In this document: piece after piece, positions 20,363 through 29,975 of the stretch
Layout: each line of letters opens with the position of its first letter
Numbering within the stretch: the first letter of the stretch is position 1
From: a virus
Lineage: Duplodnaviria > Caudoviricetes
Reading direction: 5' to 3' (one strand)
Length of the DNA: 64,000 nucleotides
Virus record (IMG/VR): IMGVR_UViG_3300031994_000004
Notes under the pieces: generated by a model
The model's input: the letters and a program-made list of their open reading frames with translations, nothing else
Database searches by the model: none
What the model was told of the DNA's origin: nothing
Program-made: the position numbers and the translations under genes

Positions 20363-20731
20363 ATGACAAAAGATGAACTGAAAGATTATTGTTATTCTGT
20401 TGGTTTGATTGACACCAAAAATCCTGCGTGGGCTGAATCTAAATACACTAAGGGATATAGATACGGTGATAAATTTGTAAACTCTATGGATTTTATTGCT
20501 GGATGGGATGAAGATAAACAGTGTGTTGTTGTAGCCAAAAGTTGTGTAATTAACGAAGCATTCGTATATGAAGGACCGATCCGTATGGATGGTGCTGAAG
20601 CTGTTTATAATGATGAAGAAATTAAAGCTCGCATTAGTGAGTTAATCACATCGGTTCAAGAAAACATTAAGTTCCTTAAATGGAAACAAATGAAAAAGAA
20701 AATTAAGAAAATGGAAGGAGATTTTGAATGA
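20363..20731 (+). CDS. DF-tail protein
   Basis: Ends KKIKKMEGDFE*. Confidence 0.8.
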   Translation: MTKDELKDYCYSVGLIDTKNPAWAESKYTKGYRYGDKFVNSMDFIAGWDEDKQCVVVAKSCVINEAFVYEGPIRMDGAEAVYNDEEIKARISELITSVQENIKFLKWKQMKKKIKKMEGDFE

Positions 20732-21015
20732 GTTTAGACCAATTTATGCTCTGGCGTTTTAGAATGCTTGAGGGTGTTTTGGACGGAATAAAATCTTGGA
20801 ACCTTAATGAGTGTGTATTCAATGATGGCAGTAAGATTACTTATGACATTAAGAATGAACTAATCACGATTGAAACACCGAAGAAAAGCGACATTATGTT
20901 GTTCGCAAATGTAACGAAAGAAAAGCTTGCCGAATTTGGATTTAAAGAAAGAGGTCCTGAAACCCGACATGCTGCCTCTTACGATAAGGGAACTTATACT
21001 TTCCAATACAAGTAA
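20728..21015 (+). CDS. hypothetical protein
   Basis: ATGA coupling. Confidence 0.6.
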   Translation: MSLDQFMLWRFRMLEGVLDGIKSWNLNECVFNDGSKITYDIKNELITIETPKKSDIMLFANVTKEKLAEFGFKERGPETRHAASYDKGTYTFQYK

Positions 21016-21027
21016 AGGAGAAAGACT

Positions 21028-21300
21028 ATGACGTACGCAGTTATTTTTACCCGTAACGATGGATGGACTGGTGTAACTACGATTGAAGCTATTAAGCCAA
21101 CCTATGACAAAGCTATGGTTGAAGCAGAAAAGCAAGTAAAAGACATTATGAAAACCCAACATCTTAAGGGCTCAGTTCAAGATAACATTAAGAATGGAAA
21201 GATTGAATTTGAAGATTCCGATTTCTTTGACAGTAGAATTAAGGCAAACTTTGTTTTCACAGAAAGCAAGCTTGAAGTTCTTATTCAGGAGCTTCCATAA
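21028..21300 (+). CDS. hypothetical protein
   Basis: AAGGAG RBS. Confidence 0.65.
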   Translation: MTYAVIFTRNDGWTGVTTIEAIKPTYDKAMVEAEKQVKDIMKTQHLKGSVQDNIKNGKIEFEDSDFFDSRIKANFVFTESKLEVLIQELP

Positions 21301-21521
21301 TGAAACACTATTACGATAAGGATAACAAAGAACTAAACAGATATGTAATCACAGTTCCTATTGATGGTGAATTGTGGTACTTTAAGAGATATGCGAAAAC
21401 AGAAAAGGAAGCAAAAGCAGATTTCATTCCATTTCTTTATATGGCATACAAATTATTTGTTAAACCCGAAGATGTAACTGTAACTGAAGACCCAAGTTTC
21501 CCAATGGCATACAATGGATAG
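21300..21521 (+). CDS. hypothetical protein
   Basis: TAATG coupling. Confidence 0.6.
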   Translation: MKHYYDKDNKELNRYVITVPIDGELWYFKRYAKTEKEAKADFIPFLYMAYKLFVKPEDVTVTEDPSFPMAYNG

Positions 21522-22356
21522 TTTTAACAGACCAATTTATATCATAACCGGCTTAATGGGCAGTGGAAAATCTACTGTGGCTAATTTCTTCAAGTTAAGA
21601 CACTTTGAAGTTCTTAATATGGATGAAATTTCTAAGGACATTATGTTAACTGACGCCGATATGAAAGTCGCACTGATTTCCGCATTTGGTAAAAATGCGA
21701 TTAACGAAGATGCTTCCTACAATATAGATTATATCAAAGGTGTTTATTTTGATCCGCTATTTGATACTGAACGAGAACAGTTTGAACACGATTTGGATAT
21801 AAAAATCAGAGACATTTTCTTATCACCAAACAGGTATTTTGATGTTGAAAAAGAAGGTGTGCCACTGATTATGGAAATTCCTTCTTTTAATCTGAAGAGA
21901 TTTGAAAGAATTTATCACTGCTTTTTCACTGAAATTAAATATGTGATAAATGTAAGCGCCAATTATAAGGACAGAATGGATAGAGTACACCAGCGTGGAT
22001 TGTCTGATGAAGAAATTTCTAATCGCAGTAGACTTCAAACTGATTACAGTTATCCACAAAATCAACCTGATATAGTTGGTGATAAATTCTGTAATATAGA
22101 TAATGTTGGCTCGGTAGAAGAACTCTATGACAATGTAACTAAACTGATGGAACATCCAGATTTCTTTGACGAAAAAACCAAAGACAAAATCTTTGACGAT
22201 TATATGAGTAATATGCCGAGTTATGTAAGAGCGAATATGAAATGTTATGTTTATTACAATTCTACTGGTTGTGGCAGTTGCCCATGTCCTTGTAAGAGTT
22301 CGGATAGACATTTTGAAGAAACTGTTAAATCCAAATTGAAGGTAAAAAATGCTTAA
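21514..22356 (+). CDS. coaE: dephospho-CoA kinase-like P-loop kinase with Cys-rich C-terminal extension
   Basis: ITGLMGSGKSTVA, LNMDEISKDIM, RMDRVHQRG, IDNVGSVEEL; tail C-x7-CGSCPCPC. Confidence 0.65.
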   Translation: MDSFNRPIYIITGLMGSGKSTVANFFKLRHFEVLNMDEISKDIMLTDADMKVALISAFGKNAINEDASYNIDYIKGVYFDPLFDTEREQFEHDLDIKIRDIFLSPNRYFDVEKEGVPLIMEIPSFNLKRFERIYHCFFTEIKYVINVSANYKDRMDRVHQRGLSDEEISNRSRLQTDYSYPQNQPDIVGDKFCNIDNVGSVEELYDNVTKLMEHPDFFDEKTKDKIFDDYMSNMPSYVRANMKCYVYYNSTGCGSCPCPCKSSDRHFEETVKSKLKVKNA

Positions 22357-22487
22357 TTTCTTGTGTAATTTGTTTATGTTGTTTTTCACAGTTCTAATGA
22401 CCTTGATAATGATTCCAATTTGCTTGGTTATTGCTGCGATTGACTTAATTCCTTTTCCCGACATTTTTAAAAGTTCGGATGATGATG

Positions 22488-22542
22488 AGTAAATAAAAAT
22501 TTACAAAAAATCTATTGTTTTTCTCTAAAAATTTGCTATATT
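22488..22542 (+). promoter_or_regulatory. promoter cassette with box (short spacing)
   Basis: AGTAAA-N6-TTTACA; TTGTTT 22515; TATATT 22537. Confidence 0.6.
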
Positions 22543-22565
22543 AAATAGAAAAGAAAGGAACTTAT

Positions 22566-22949
22566 ATGGAAGATTTACTAGGCAGAGAAAATGTAAATTT
22601 CTCGCTCGTTAAGCCTGAAGAAAATGACGAACGTGCGAAGAAATTTAAAGAACAGAGAATGACAAGGGGTTTTGATGATTCCGAAACTTGGAGTTTGGAT
22701 ATAACGATTGCCAAATTTCTTGTCCCTCGTTTGAAGGCTTTTAAGGAATGTGATAATGGTTATCCATCCCGTCTAACAGAAAAGAAGTGGAACAAAATCC
22801 TTGATGAAATGATTGAAGGATTTGAACTGCACTGCACTAAAGACGAATGGGAATTTGAACCGGACCTTAACGCACGAAATGAAAAGTTTGCAAAGGTCAA
22901 TAAGGCACTAAAACTATTCTCAAAACACTTTTACGATTTATGGTGGTAA
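22566..22949 (+). CDS. conserved phage hypothetical protein
   Basis: ETWSLD...PRLKAF...W..ILDEMI..F...YDLWW pattern. Confidence 0.7.
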   Translation: MEDLLGRENVNFSLVKPEENDERAKKFKEQRMTRGFDDSETWSLDITIAKFLVPRLKAFKECDNGYPSRLTEKKWNKILDEMIEGFELHCTKDEWEFEPDLNARNEKFAKVNKALKLFSKHFYDLWW

Positions 22950-22950
22950 T

Positions 22951-23154
22951 ATGGAAGAACTTAAAAAGATAGTAACTGACATTTTTAAAGGTTCACTCAA
23001 ATACTTTGTACCAACAATAGCTGTAGCACTAGCAGTTTGTGTTCCATTTGCGACTGCATATTATTTAGGTGCTTTAGCTTGTATAATTTCATTGGTTATT
23101 CTTGTGCCACTTTTGATTAGCACAATTAACTATTGTATTGAAAATCACATTTAA
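22951..23154 (+). CDS. small membrane protein
   Basis: Two hydrophobic segments. Confidence 0.6.
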   Translation: MEELKKIVTDIFKGSLKYFVPTIAVALAVCVPFATAYYLGALACIISLVILVPLLISTINYCIENHI

Positions 23155-23499
23155 ACTAATAAGGAGATAAATATGACTCAAGATGATTTGGAATTGATGC
23201 TCGGTAAGGACGAAAAGGTCGCAGAACAGATTAAGGACTATCTGCGTAAACATCTTTCGGACCTCTCAAAGGACACCGGGATGACCAAAGCAGAACTGGA
23301 TGATTACATTGAAAGATTGATGGTGGCATAATATGAATGTGGATAAAGTAGCAAAAATTATCAGTGAGTATTTAACCTGTGTATTGAGCTTAGCTTTATT
23401 CACCTTTTTGTTTAGCCTTCCTTTGGAATGGTGGAGTTTTCTAATTTACTCCGTCATTTTATTTGGATTTGTTAAACTTTCTGTATGGGCAAGTGAACG

Positions 23500-23697
23500 A
23501 TGAAATACACGATTAAATTTGATTTTCCAACAGGTCCAGCATATCCGAGAGTGGGCGGTGGTTTTGATAACGAAATTTCAAAAGACACTCGCACTTGGGA
23601 TGACGCAGTTATTGCGGCTAGATTTGCTGAAGATATGTGCGGAAAATATGGATATACAGTATTACCGGTAGAAGATAATGATAGTTCTAGAAGTTAA
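23500..23697 (+). CDS. hypothetical protein
   Basis: ATGA-coupled ORF. Confidence 0.6.
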   Translation: MKYTIKFDFPTGPAYPRVGGGFDNEISKDTRTWDDAVIAARFAEDMCGKYGYTVLPVEDNDSSRS

Positions 23698-24040
23698 ATT
23701 TGTTTCAAATGAAAATGATTTTGTTAGTATGAGCGCAGATGTTCTTGGTAAAACGAGAGATATGCAAGCTCTTGCTGAAGAAAAAGAATTTGAAGATACA
23801 ATTATCCCAGTTGCTATGAACCAAATTAACGAACTGTATAATAATGTTAGTCTGGTGAACAATGAAAACCTATGTATAGATATGATGAATGTTTTGGTTG
23901 CCAGAGCCAAAAAATTTAATTATATTTTAAAGAGATTAGGTCAAAACGATAAATACCCTGGTGTTTATCAGTTAGAATTTGGGAAAGCAAATGATAGCAG
24001 ATTTATGGGAAACAATAAAACAATCGGCAAAAAAGTATAA
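23678..24040 (+). CDS. hypothetical protein
   Basis: 120-aa ORF. Confidence 0.55.
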   Translation: MIVLEVKFVSNENDFVSMSADVLGKTRDMQALAEEKEFEDTIIPVAMNQINELYNNVSLVNNENLCIDMMNVLVARAKKFNYILKRLGQNDKYPGVYQLEFGKANDSRFMGNNKTIGKKV

Positions 24041-24239
24041 GGAGAATGGTGCTTATTTAGCTTACGATGTGAACGCAAATGAAGTTTCTGTCTGGAAAGA
24101 AGGATATGAAGAAATTTGTTATTACAAAGTAAATCTAAATCAGCTCATTGACCTTGGATTTGATTACGATGTCTTGGCGAACCTGGTATTTTTGAACTTT
24201 ATGAATAGTAAGGACTTATATGAAAAAGCAGACCATTGA
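23991..24239 (+). CDS. hypothetical protein
   Basis: Overlapping ORF chain. Confidence 0.55.
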   Translation: MIADLWETIKQSAKKYKENGAYLAYDVNANEVSVWKEGYEEICYYKVNLNQLIDLGFDYDVLANLVFLNFMNSKDLYEKADH

Positions 24240-24474
24240 GTTTATGGCGAAAATGAAGAACTTTGAAATCAAGCGTAAGCTTGAAGAATCCGAAGAAGAT
24301 ACTCTGAAAAGATACCATAAAACCAAGTTGAATATGTGTTACGATTACTTGAAGTTGTTAATTAGTATGAACAACGGCAGCGACAATTTGAAGGAAGATT
24401 ACATAGAAATTAAGAAACTCACAACTGAATTTGAAAAAGATTTTTTGAGGTGGAAAGATGCGAAAACTCATTGA
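24220..24474 (+). CDS. hypothetical protein
   Basis: AAGGA RBS. Confidence 0.6.
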   Translation: MKKQTIEFMAKMKNFEIKRKLEESEEDTLKRYHKTKLNMCYDYLKLLISMNNGSDNLKEDYIEIKKLTTEFEKDFLRWKDAKTH

Positions 24475-24889
24475 CATTTTTAAAGGCCTACTTAATTATT
24501 TAAATCCATTCAATGCGAAATTTTTACAGTCCGATTGGTTAAAAGAAAAAGAACTGTTTGACCGCAATTATCATCATTATGTGTTGACTGAACATTGTAG
24601 AACACGAATGAAAGAAAGACGAATAATTTACAGAGATTTGAATCTGGCTTTTAAGTATGGTAAACTCATTGGAAATCAAATCCTGTTAGACATTAGCCAT
24701 ATTCCAGATGAATGCTTTCAGGGACTAACGAACCAACAGATTAAACATATTTTGGGTCATTTGCCGCTTGTCATTACGATTAAGCCAGGCACGAAGATTA
24801 TTACAACTGTGTATAAGGGTAATAATACTTTGCGTGATAAAGATGACATTAAAATGTTAAACGAAATTTACAAATCTATGGAGAAATAG
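24458..24889 (+). CDS. DUF4258-like (BECR-fold RNase-like) protein
   Basis: LTEHCRTRMKERRI...AFKYG...IITTVY. Confidence 0.55.
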   Translation: MRKLIDIFKGLLNYLNPFNAKFLQSDWLKEKELFDRNYHHYVLTEHCRTRMKERRIIYRDLNLAFKYGKLIGNQILLDISHIPDECFQGLTNQQIKHILGHLPLVITIKPGTKIITTVYKGNNTLRDKDDIKMLNEIYKSMEK

Positions 24890-24890
24890 G

Positions 24891-25049
24891 ATGTCAGTAC
24901 TTGTCAGGACTTTGCTCATAAGCGTGTTTTTACTTATGTTGATTGGTTGTAATGATAATACTACAACTGCCCCAGAGTGTTCAAGTACTGGCACTTATAC
25001 GATTATTTCTAGTGATGGTGAATACAATACTGACTATTGTATAAAGTGA
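24891..25049 (+). CDS. small putative lipoprotein
   Basis: Hydrophobic leader ending LIGC. Confidence 0.5.
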   Translation: MSVLVRTLLISVFLLMLIGCNDNTTTAPECSSTGTYTIISSDGEYNTDYCIK

Positions 25050-25055
25050 GGGACT

Positions 25056-25526
25056 ATGAAAAAGATACAGATTCTCCCGAAATATAAGTTTGATTATTTT
25101 ATGCAGCAGAACGGCTGGAATGATTTGAACATTCCGTCTGACACAGCATTCATTTCTATTTGTTGTAAGAAGAACATAAAAGAAAATTATTTGAGAGATT
25201 TCAAACACAGAGAAGACTTTCATTGGTTTAAACGAAACCACCCGAATGTTCTAAATGTGGATTTTGACGATGTAATTCAACCCGAAATTGAAACCAGATG
25301 GGGTATGGCTTACGGGATTGACGATTACACAGCTAAAGAGATTGTTCAGTTTGCCTTAGACAATATGGAAAAGGACACACTAATGATTCACTGTATGGCA
25401 GGTAAAAGCAGAAGTGTAGCTGTCGGAAAAGCATTGAGTGAATTATTGGATTGTAAGTTCACTTGTTTTTATGGAACTGACAATATGAATGAATTTGTTT
25501 ACAAGAAAATAAAGGACAATATATGA
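25056..25526 (+). CDS. protein tyrosine/dual-specificity phosphatase-like protein
   Basis: CX5R loop IHCMAGKSRS; FDD acid loop. Confidence 0.8.
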   Translation: MKKIQILPKYKFDYFMQQNGWNDLNIPSDTAFISICCKKNIKENYLRDFKHREDFHWFKRNHPNVLNVDFDDVIQPEIETRWGMAYGIDDYTAKEIVQFALDNMEKDTLMIHCMAGKSRSVAVGKALSELLDCKFTCFYGTDNMNEFVYKKIKDNI

Positions 25527-25732
25527 TTTGTATGGAAGAACTAACTGCGACAATTAAAAGACTTCAACTGTTGAAAGATAATACAGATAGTCCTGAAGAA
25601 ATTGTGGCAACCGATTTAATGATTACTAACCTTACCAATTTGGCTAGACAGTTCGGTATGTTGCTAGATTCTCCTGAATTTAAACAAATGGTAGAAGAAT
25701 ACAAAATAAATTCAAAAATAAAGGATGATTAA
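25523..25732 (+). CDS. hypothetical protein
   Basis: ATGA coupling. Confidence 0.55.
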   Translation: MICMEELTATIKRLQLLKDNTDSPEEIVATDLMITNLTNLARQFGMLLDSPEFKQMVEEYKINSKIKDD

Positions 25733-26036
25733 GATTATAGACAACATAACAGTTATTCTTTGGCGATGGACTCACAGAATTAAAAAGACTAATTGGATTC
25801 ACGGTCATCAGTTGACAACTAAAATTTACGCACCTCAATGGTGGTTTATTTGGTGGCATTATTACTGGTATGACATTGGTTATCAGGCAGTTGCTCCTGA
25901 AACATTTGACACAATGGCAGCCGCTTATGATTTCGTAACTCCATATTGGATGCCGGAAAAAGAATGTAAACTAGAATTTTACAAAAAGCAGGACGAAATT
26001 GACAAAAAGTTAGACGAAGCTAATAAAGATTTCTAA
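25725..26036 (+). CDS. DF-tail protein
   Basis: Ends KKLDEANKDF*. Confidence 0.75.
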   Translation: MIKIIDNITVILWRWTHRIKKTNWIHGHQLTTKIYAPQWWFIWWHYYWYDIGYQAVAPETFDTMAAAYDFVTPYWMPEKECKLEFYKKQDEIDKKLDEANKDF

Positions 26037-26038
26037 TT

Positions 26039-26104
26039 TGTAAATTTAATTTTACAAAACTTCTCTAAAATCTCATTGACAAACAATGAGATTTTTTCTA
26101 TATT
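26039..26104 (+). promoter_or_regulatory. promoter cassette with box and hairpin
   Basis: Box 26039-56; TTGACA 26076; TATATT 26099; AAAATCTCATTG/CAATGAGATTTT. Confidence 0.85.
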
Positions 26105-26129
26105 ATAATCATACAAAAGAGGTAACATT

Positions 26130-26456
26130 ATGGATTTAAATACATTTCTTCCAATCGCAAAGAAGTTTGGCTTGCTTATAAACAAATGCCATAACGGAAA
26201 TGTGGAGTTTTATATTGACAAAAACAAATTTAATACTCCATATAACGGTTGGGTTTGTACTTATTACAAGCAGACAAATAAAATGGGAAATCCCAGAATG
26301 AAAGTTTGGAAATTGGGAAATGATGTAGATGGTTTTGATTTATGCTGGGGTTCAAATATAAATCTGAGAGATGATTTGATTTTTGAAAAGCCCAAATTTG
26401 TAGAACGGGCCCTGACAGAAATGTTTAAGAGATTGGAAAAATTCAAAAGGAGATAA
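26130..26456 (+). CDS. hypothetical protein
   Basis: GAGGT RBS. Confidence 0.7.
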   Translation: MDLNTFLPIAKKFGLLINKCHNGNVEFYIDKNKFNTPYNGWVCTYYKQTNKMGNPRMKVWKLGNDVDGFDLCWGSNINLRDDLIFEKPKFVERALTEMFKRLEKFKRR

Positions 26457-26460
26457 CAAA

Positions 26461-26643
26461 ATGGATTGGCTTAAAGCTCAACAAATTAGAACAGGTATTC
26501 CACAAAACGCAACTGTCGCAGATTTGATTGCGATTTTACAGAAACTCCCGCAAAATTGGCCTGTAGTAAACGCAGACGAAGGACCATTGTGTGAAATTGT
26601 AGTCGCAACTGACGGACGGGATAAACAGGTACAAGTTTACTAA
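26461..26643 (+). CDS. hypothetical protein
   Basis: TVADLIAILQKLPQ small phage-type motif. Confidence 0.6.
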   Translation: MDWLKAQQIRTGIPQNATVADLIAILQKLPQNWPVVNADEGPLCEIVVATDGRDKQVQVY

Positions 26644-26652
26644 GGACAGAAA

Positions 26653-27039
26653 ATGACATATACTTTATATCTGGCTCTAATAGTTCCAATTTTCTTAGGT
26701 GCGATTATTAGTTTAATTTGTGCTATTATATCGGTAGCTTGGGATGATGATGAAAGAAATGTCTGTGTTTATGGTTATGTTGGGATTGGTCTTGCCGTAA
26801 CTGGGTTTATGATTGTTATTCTTTCACCTGACCGACCTACAATAATTGAAAACAGTTACTACAAAATTCTTAATTCTCGCCCGGAATGTGTGAAGGATGT
26901 AGTGGATAACGATTTTACAACTGTTTCATTGGATTGTGCTGAAAAATACATTGACTACAGGACAGATTCTTTGAAAGCAGCAAAAGATTATTTTGAAATC
27001 AAAGAACAGATTTTGAAAAAGTTGAAGGAGACAAAGTGA
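26653..27039 (+). CDS. membrane protein
   Basis: Two TM segments. Confidence 0.65.
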   Translation: MTYTLYLALIVPIFLGAIISLICAIISVAWDDDERNVCVYGYVGIGLAVTGFMIVILSPDRPTIIENSYYKILNSRPECVKDVVDNDFTTVSLDCAEKYIDYRTDSLKAAKDYFEIKEQILKKLKETK

Positions 27040-27293
27040 ATAAAATAATTTTGGCAACGGCAGTTGCTCTCATTGGGTGTAGTGGTGGTGAAACTACATC
27101 ATCGCCAAAGTGCGAATCAGTTGACTTGACATTTGAAGATATATCGTGTGTTCCAGGTCCGAACTGTAAATACGGAACATACGCAACTGATTGGTTGAAT
27201 GGGGCTTGTGTGAAAGCAAAACTTGGTAGCGGTCATGATTGCGACAGTTATCGTTCAAATTACATATTAACTATTAACGAATGCGAGGAATAA
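27036..27293 (+). CDS. putative Cys-rich lipoprotein
   Basis: Lipobox LIGC. Confidence 0.6.
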   Translation: MNKIILATAVALIGCSGGETTSSPKCESVDLTFEDISCVPGPNCKYGTYATDWLNGACVKAKLGSGHDCDSYRSNYILTINECEE

Positions 27294-27295
27294 AA

Positions 27296-27487
27296 ATGCA
27301 AAATGCTATTAAGAAGTATTTCTTTTTGACCCTCCCCATTTGCCTTATTGGGTGTTTCTTAATGATTTTACTTGAGAAGATGTGGGAAACTAACTTCGGC
27401 CTTATCCCATTCTTCATTTGGGGTTTTCTCAGTGCTTACATTTCCGAAGGTGTAAACAACAAGCTTAATTTGTTCCCAAATGAATAA
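27296..27487 (+). CDS. small membrane protein
   Basis: Two TM segments. Confidence 0.55.
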   Translation: MQNAIKKYFFLTLPICLIGCFLMILLEKMWETNFGLIPFFIWGFLSAYISEGVNNKLNLFPNE

Positions 27488-27815
27488 AACGATTTTTACA
27501 GAAATTTGCACTAAATACGGGTTTCGTGTTGAAAAAGAAATTGCCCCGTGGAATGATGGCGGTGATTGGTATGTTGCTTATATGCCAAGCGACAAATTCA
27601 ATGTAGCAGTTGCGGCTTATGACCCTGAAGATGAAGATGTTGCCACAATTTGTATTTCATTGAAAAAGAAAAATCTTCCAGTCAAAATTAAAGTTGCTAA
27701 CACAAAAGATGTAAGAACTGTGGAAGATTTGGAACGAGCTTGTATGGAATTAAATGTAAAATTCAAAGAAATGTTAGAACAAATTAAACTAGAACAAATT
27801 AACTCAGATTTCTAA
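27480..27815 (+). CDS. DF-tail protein
   Basis: Ends IKLEQINSDF*; paralog of 28653. Confidence 0.8.
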   Translation: MNKTIFTEICTKYGFRVEKEIAPWNDGGDWYVAYMPSDKFNVAVAAYDPEDEDVATICISLKKKNLPVKIKVANTKDVRTVEDLERACMELNVKFKEMLEQIKLEQINSDF

Positions 27816-27827
27816 AGGAGAATAAAA

Positions 27828-28166
27828 ATGCTTACAACATCTACTATTGACTATATGCCAAAAATCCTGAAGTCATTTAGAAAGTACATTGAGAAATACG
27901 ATTGTACTTATACGATTTCAAAGAGTGAGTCATTTCCTGGCGAAATATGTTATACTCTAATTTTCTATCACGCAGGTAGTAATATGCCATATCTGTTGGT
28001 AACTCAACACGATTCTAGCAAGCACGCAACTATCTATGTGAACAAGTACGCAGATAACTGGTCTAAGAGCGATTGTAAGCTTCGTGAAGAATGTGTCATT
28101 TCAAATAACATAACAGAATTTATTAAGGCCATTCGTGAATGTTCCATTTCAGGAGAACAAAAATGA
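27828..28166 (+). CDS. hypothetical protein
   Basis: AAGGAG RBS. Confidence 0.65.
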   Translation: MLTTSTIDYMPKILKSFRKYIEKYDCTYTISKSESFPGEICYTLIFYHAGSNMPYLLVTQHDSSKHATIYVNKYADNWSKSDCKLREECVISNNITEFIKAIRECSISGEQK

Positions 28167-28390
28167 TTGACAATTACGATTACCCACTTCACGATGAAGA
28201 ACACGAAATCTTACCGAGTGGAATAAAACTTAAGAAGTCATGTCCTGTATGTGAAAAAGGAGCTTCACTGATAAGTCAGTTCGGTTATCGTGTTTATATC
28301 TTAAATAATAAGCTCTGTTTGGAAGGACCAGATGGAATTTGTTGTTCTGATACATTAACAACTTGTCCAAAATGCGGGAGAAGTCTATGA
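28163..28390 (+). CDS. zinc-ribbon protein
   Basis: CPVC...CPKCGRSL. Confidence 0.6.
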   Translation: MIDNYDYPLHDEEHEILPSGIKLKKSCPVCEKGASLISQFGYRVYILNNKLCLEGPDGICCSDTLTTCPKCGRSL

Positions 28391-28653
28391 AAGAATACTT
28401 ATGGGAAGTAGTAAAGAATACGGGAATGATTGTTGTCGGCGTTTCTGTTTTAGCACTGTATTTTATAGGATTGATTTTCTCAGTTTGTATTGCGTTACTA
28501 CCAATGTTCGTAGGAATTTATCTGAACGATTGTTTAGGATTTGATAAGTTGACTGTTGGAATTCCTTCGTTTATTATTACTATCCCGTGGGCCGTTGCGT
28601 GGTTTACGCTTCTCTCAAAAATTGACGATAAATTTAAACTGGGAATTTTCTAA
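28387..28653 (+). CDS. membrane protein
   Basis: Hydrophobic segments. Confidence 0.6.
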   Translation: MKEYLWEVVKNTGMIVVGVSVLALYFIGLIFSVCIALLPMFVGIYLNDCLGFDKLTVGIPSFIITIPWAVAWFTLLSKIDDKFKLGIF

Positions 28654-29003
28654 TGGCAAAACAGGACATTTCAAAAGAACAATTTATTCAAATCTGTACT
28701 GAGTATGGATTTGAAATAAGAGAACTTTCCGAACCTTGGAGAACTAATGGTGTTTGGTATGTTGCTTTCATTCCTCATTATGACGCAGCTATTGCCGGTC
28801 ATGTACCTGAAGACCACGAAACAAATGTTTGTGTTAAATTAGATTGTTTGTATGATGGTCCTGTACATTTTCAAACTAGAACAACTTGCCAACCTAGAAC
28901 TGTAGAAAAATTTAAATTCTTTTTGGGAGAAGTAAATAAGACAGTTAAAAATCATATTGTAAATATGAAACTCAGCAAAATGCAAGAGGAGGACTTTCAA
29001 TGA
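28653..29003 (+). CDS. DF-tail protein
   Basis: Ends MKLSKMQEEDFQ*. Confidence 0.75.
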   Translation: MAKQDISKEQFIQICTEYGFEIRELSEPWRTNGVWYVAFIPHYDAAIAGHVPEDHETNVCVKLDCLYDGPVHFQTRTTCQPRTVEKFKFFLGEVNKTVKNHIVNMKLSKMQEEDFQ

Positions 29004-29407
29004 GATGGTTAGACGATAAAATCTATACTAATGATATGCTTGAAACGATTGACAAAGAAAAGTTTCCTTTGACATACAAAATGTGTAGTAAGAACAAGTT
29101 TGATACTGGTTCTATTATCGTCCGTAAACTGATTGACCAGGAGATTGACCATCCCATCTGGATTGCGATTTATGAAGAAAGAAAGCCGCAACAATTCCAT
29201 ATTTACTCATTGGAAGTTTATAAAAGTTATCAGTTACAAGATTATGGAAGAAGGGCATTGACAAAGTTCAAAGAAAATGCTAATTTAATAACACTATGTA
29301 GTCTACCGGAAACAAAGGTATTCTACGAAAAACTTGGTTTCAAAGAAGCAGACGAAAGCGGACTTCGTTTTATTTGGAGAAAAAACTTCGGGAGAAAAAA
29401 CAAATGA
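29000..29407 (+). CDS. GNAT-family acetyltransferase
   Basis: IYSLEVYKSYQLQDYGRRAL (motif A variant), FYEKLGF. Confidence 0.7.
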   Translation: MRWLDDKIYTNDMLETIDKEKFPLTYKMCSKNKFDTGSIIVRKLIDQEIDHPIWIAIYEERKPQQFHIYSLEVYKSYQLQDYGRRALTKFKENANLITLCSLPETKVFYEKLGFKEADESGLRFIWRKNFGRKNK

Positions 29408-29766
29408 AAACAACAATTCAAAAGGCAACTTATACTGGAAAGAAAACTGGCGTTCTATTGGAAGTAGAATCTGCTAGTTATTTCAATGATGGTATTAACA
29501 ACCCGAACATTACAGTTGAGGGTACGGCACCGTGTCGGAACAAACGCAGAATTACTTTAACATTAAATGCACCACTTCAACAGTCACAAAGAAGAAGTGA
29601 TTTGTCAAATTTTTTATCTTCTAATTGTGGTGCTTTTGGTATGAGTTTCGCAAAATTTCTTAATGAAGATAAATTTAAGAAGTATGGTGTTTACATTGAC
29701 GGCAATTTTTACAAAGTAGCAACTTTGGATGATTTGCTTGAAGTCAAAAAGGCTATGGGTATCTAA
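29404..29766 (+). CDS. hypothetical protein
   Basis: GGAG RBS, ATGA coupling. Confidence 0.65.
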   Translation: MKTTIQKATYTGKKTGVLLEVESASYFNDGINNPNITVEGTAPCRNKRRITLTLNAPLQQSQRRSDLSNFLSSNCGAFGMSFAKFLNEDKFKKYGVYIDGNFYKVATLDDLLEVKKAMGI

Positions 29767-29975
29767 TGGAAATCGTAATTATAACTGTAGCAGCATTTGC
29801 TTTGATTGGTTTTATCGTTGGTAAAATTATAGACCACTGTTGTAAGCATGAATGGGAAACAGACGAGGTAGTTCATGTCTGCGACCACAATGATTTCTTT
29901 GGTGATTCAAATTATGACAGATACTACTTGCGCTGTAAGAAATGTGGAAAAGTTAAAATAAAGAATATGAAATGA
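29766..29975 (+). CDS. small membrane-anchored Zn-binding protein
   Basis: N-terminal TM; CKHEW...CKKCG. Confidence 0.6.
   Translation: MEIVIITVAAFALIGFIVGKIIDHCCKHEWETDEVVHVCDHNDFFGDSNYDRYYLRCKKCGKVKIKNMK

Noticed and set aside
24220-24474. Counting 24220 (EKDFLRWKDAKTH) and 292 (RSNFQG) as DF-tail proteins
   Set aside because: DF is too far from the terminus or is substituted, so the match could be chance.
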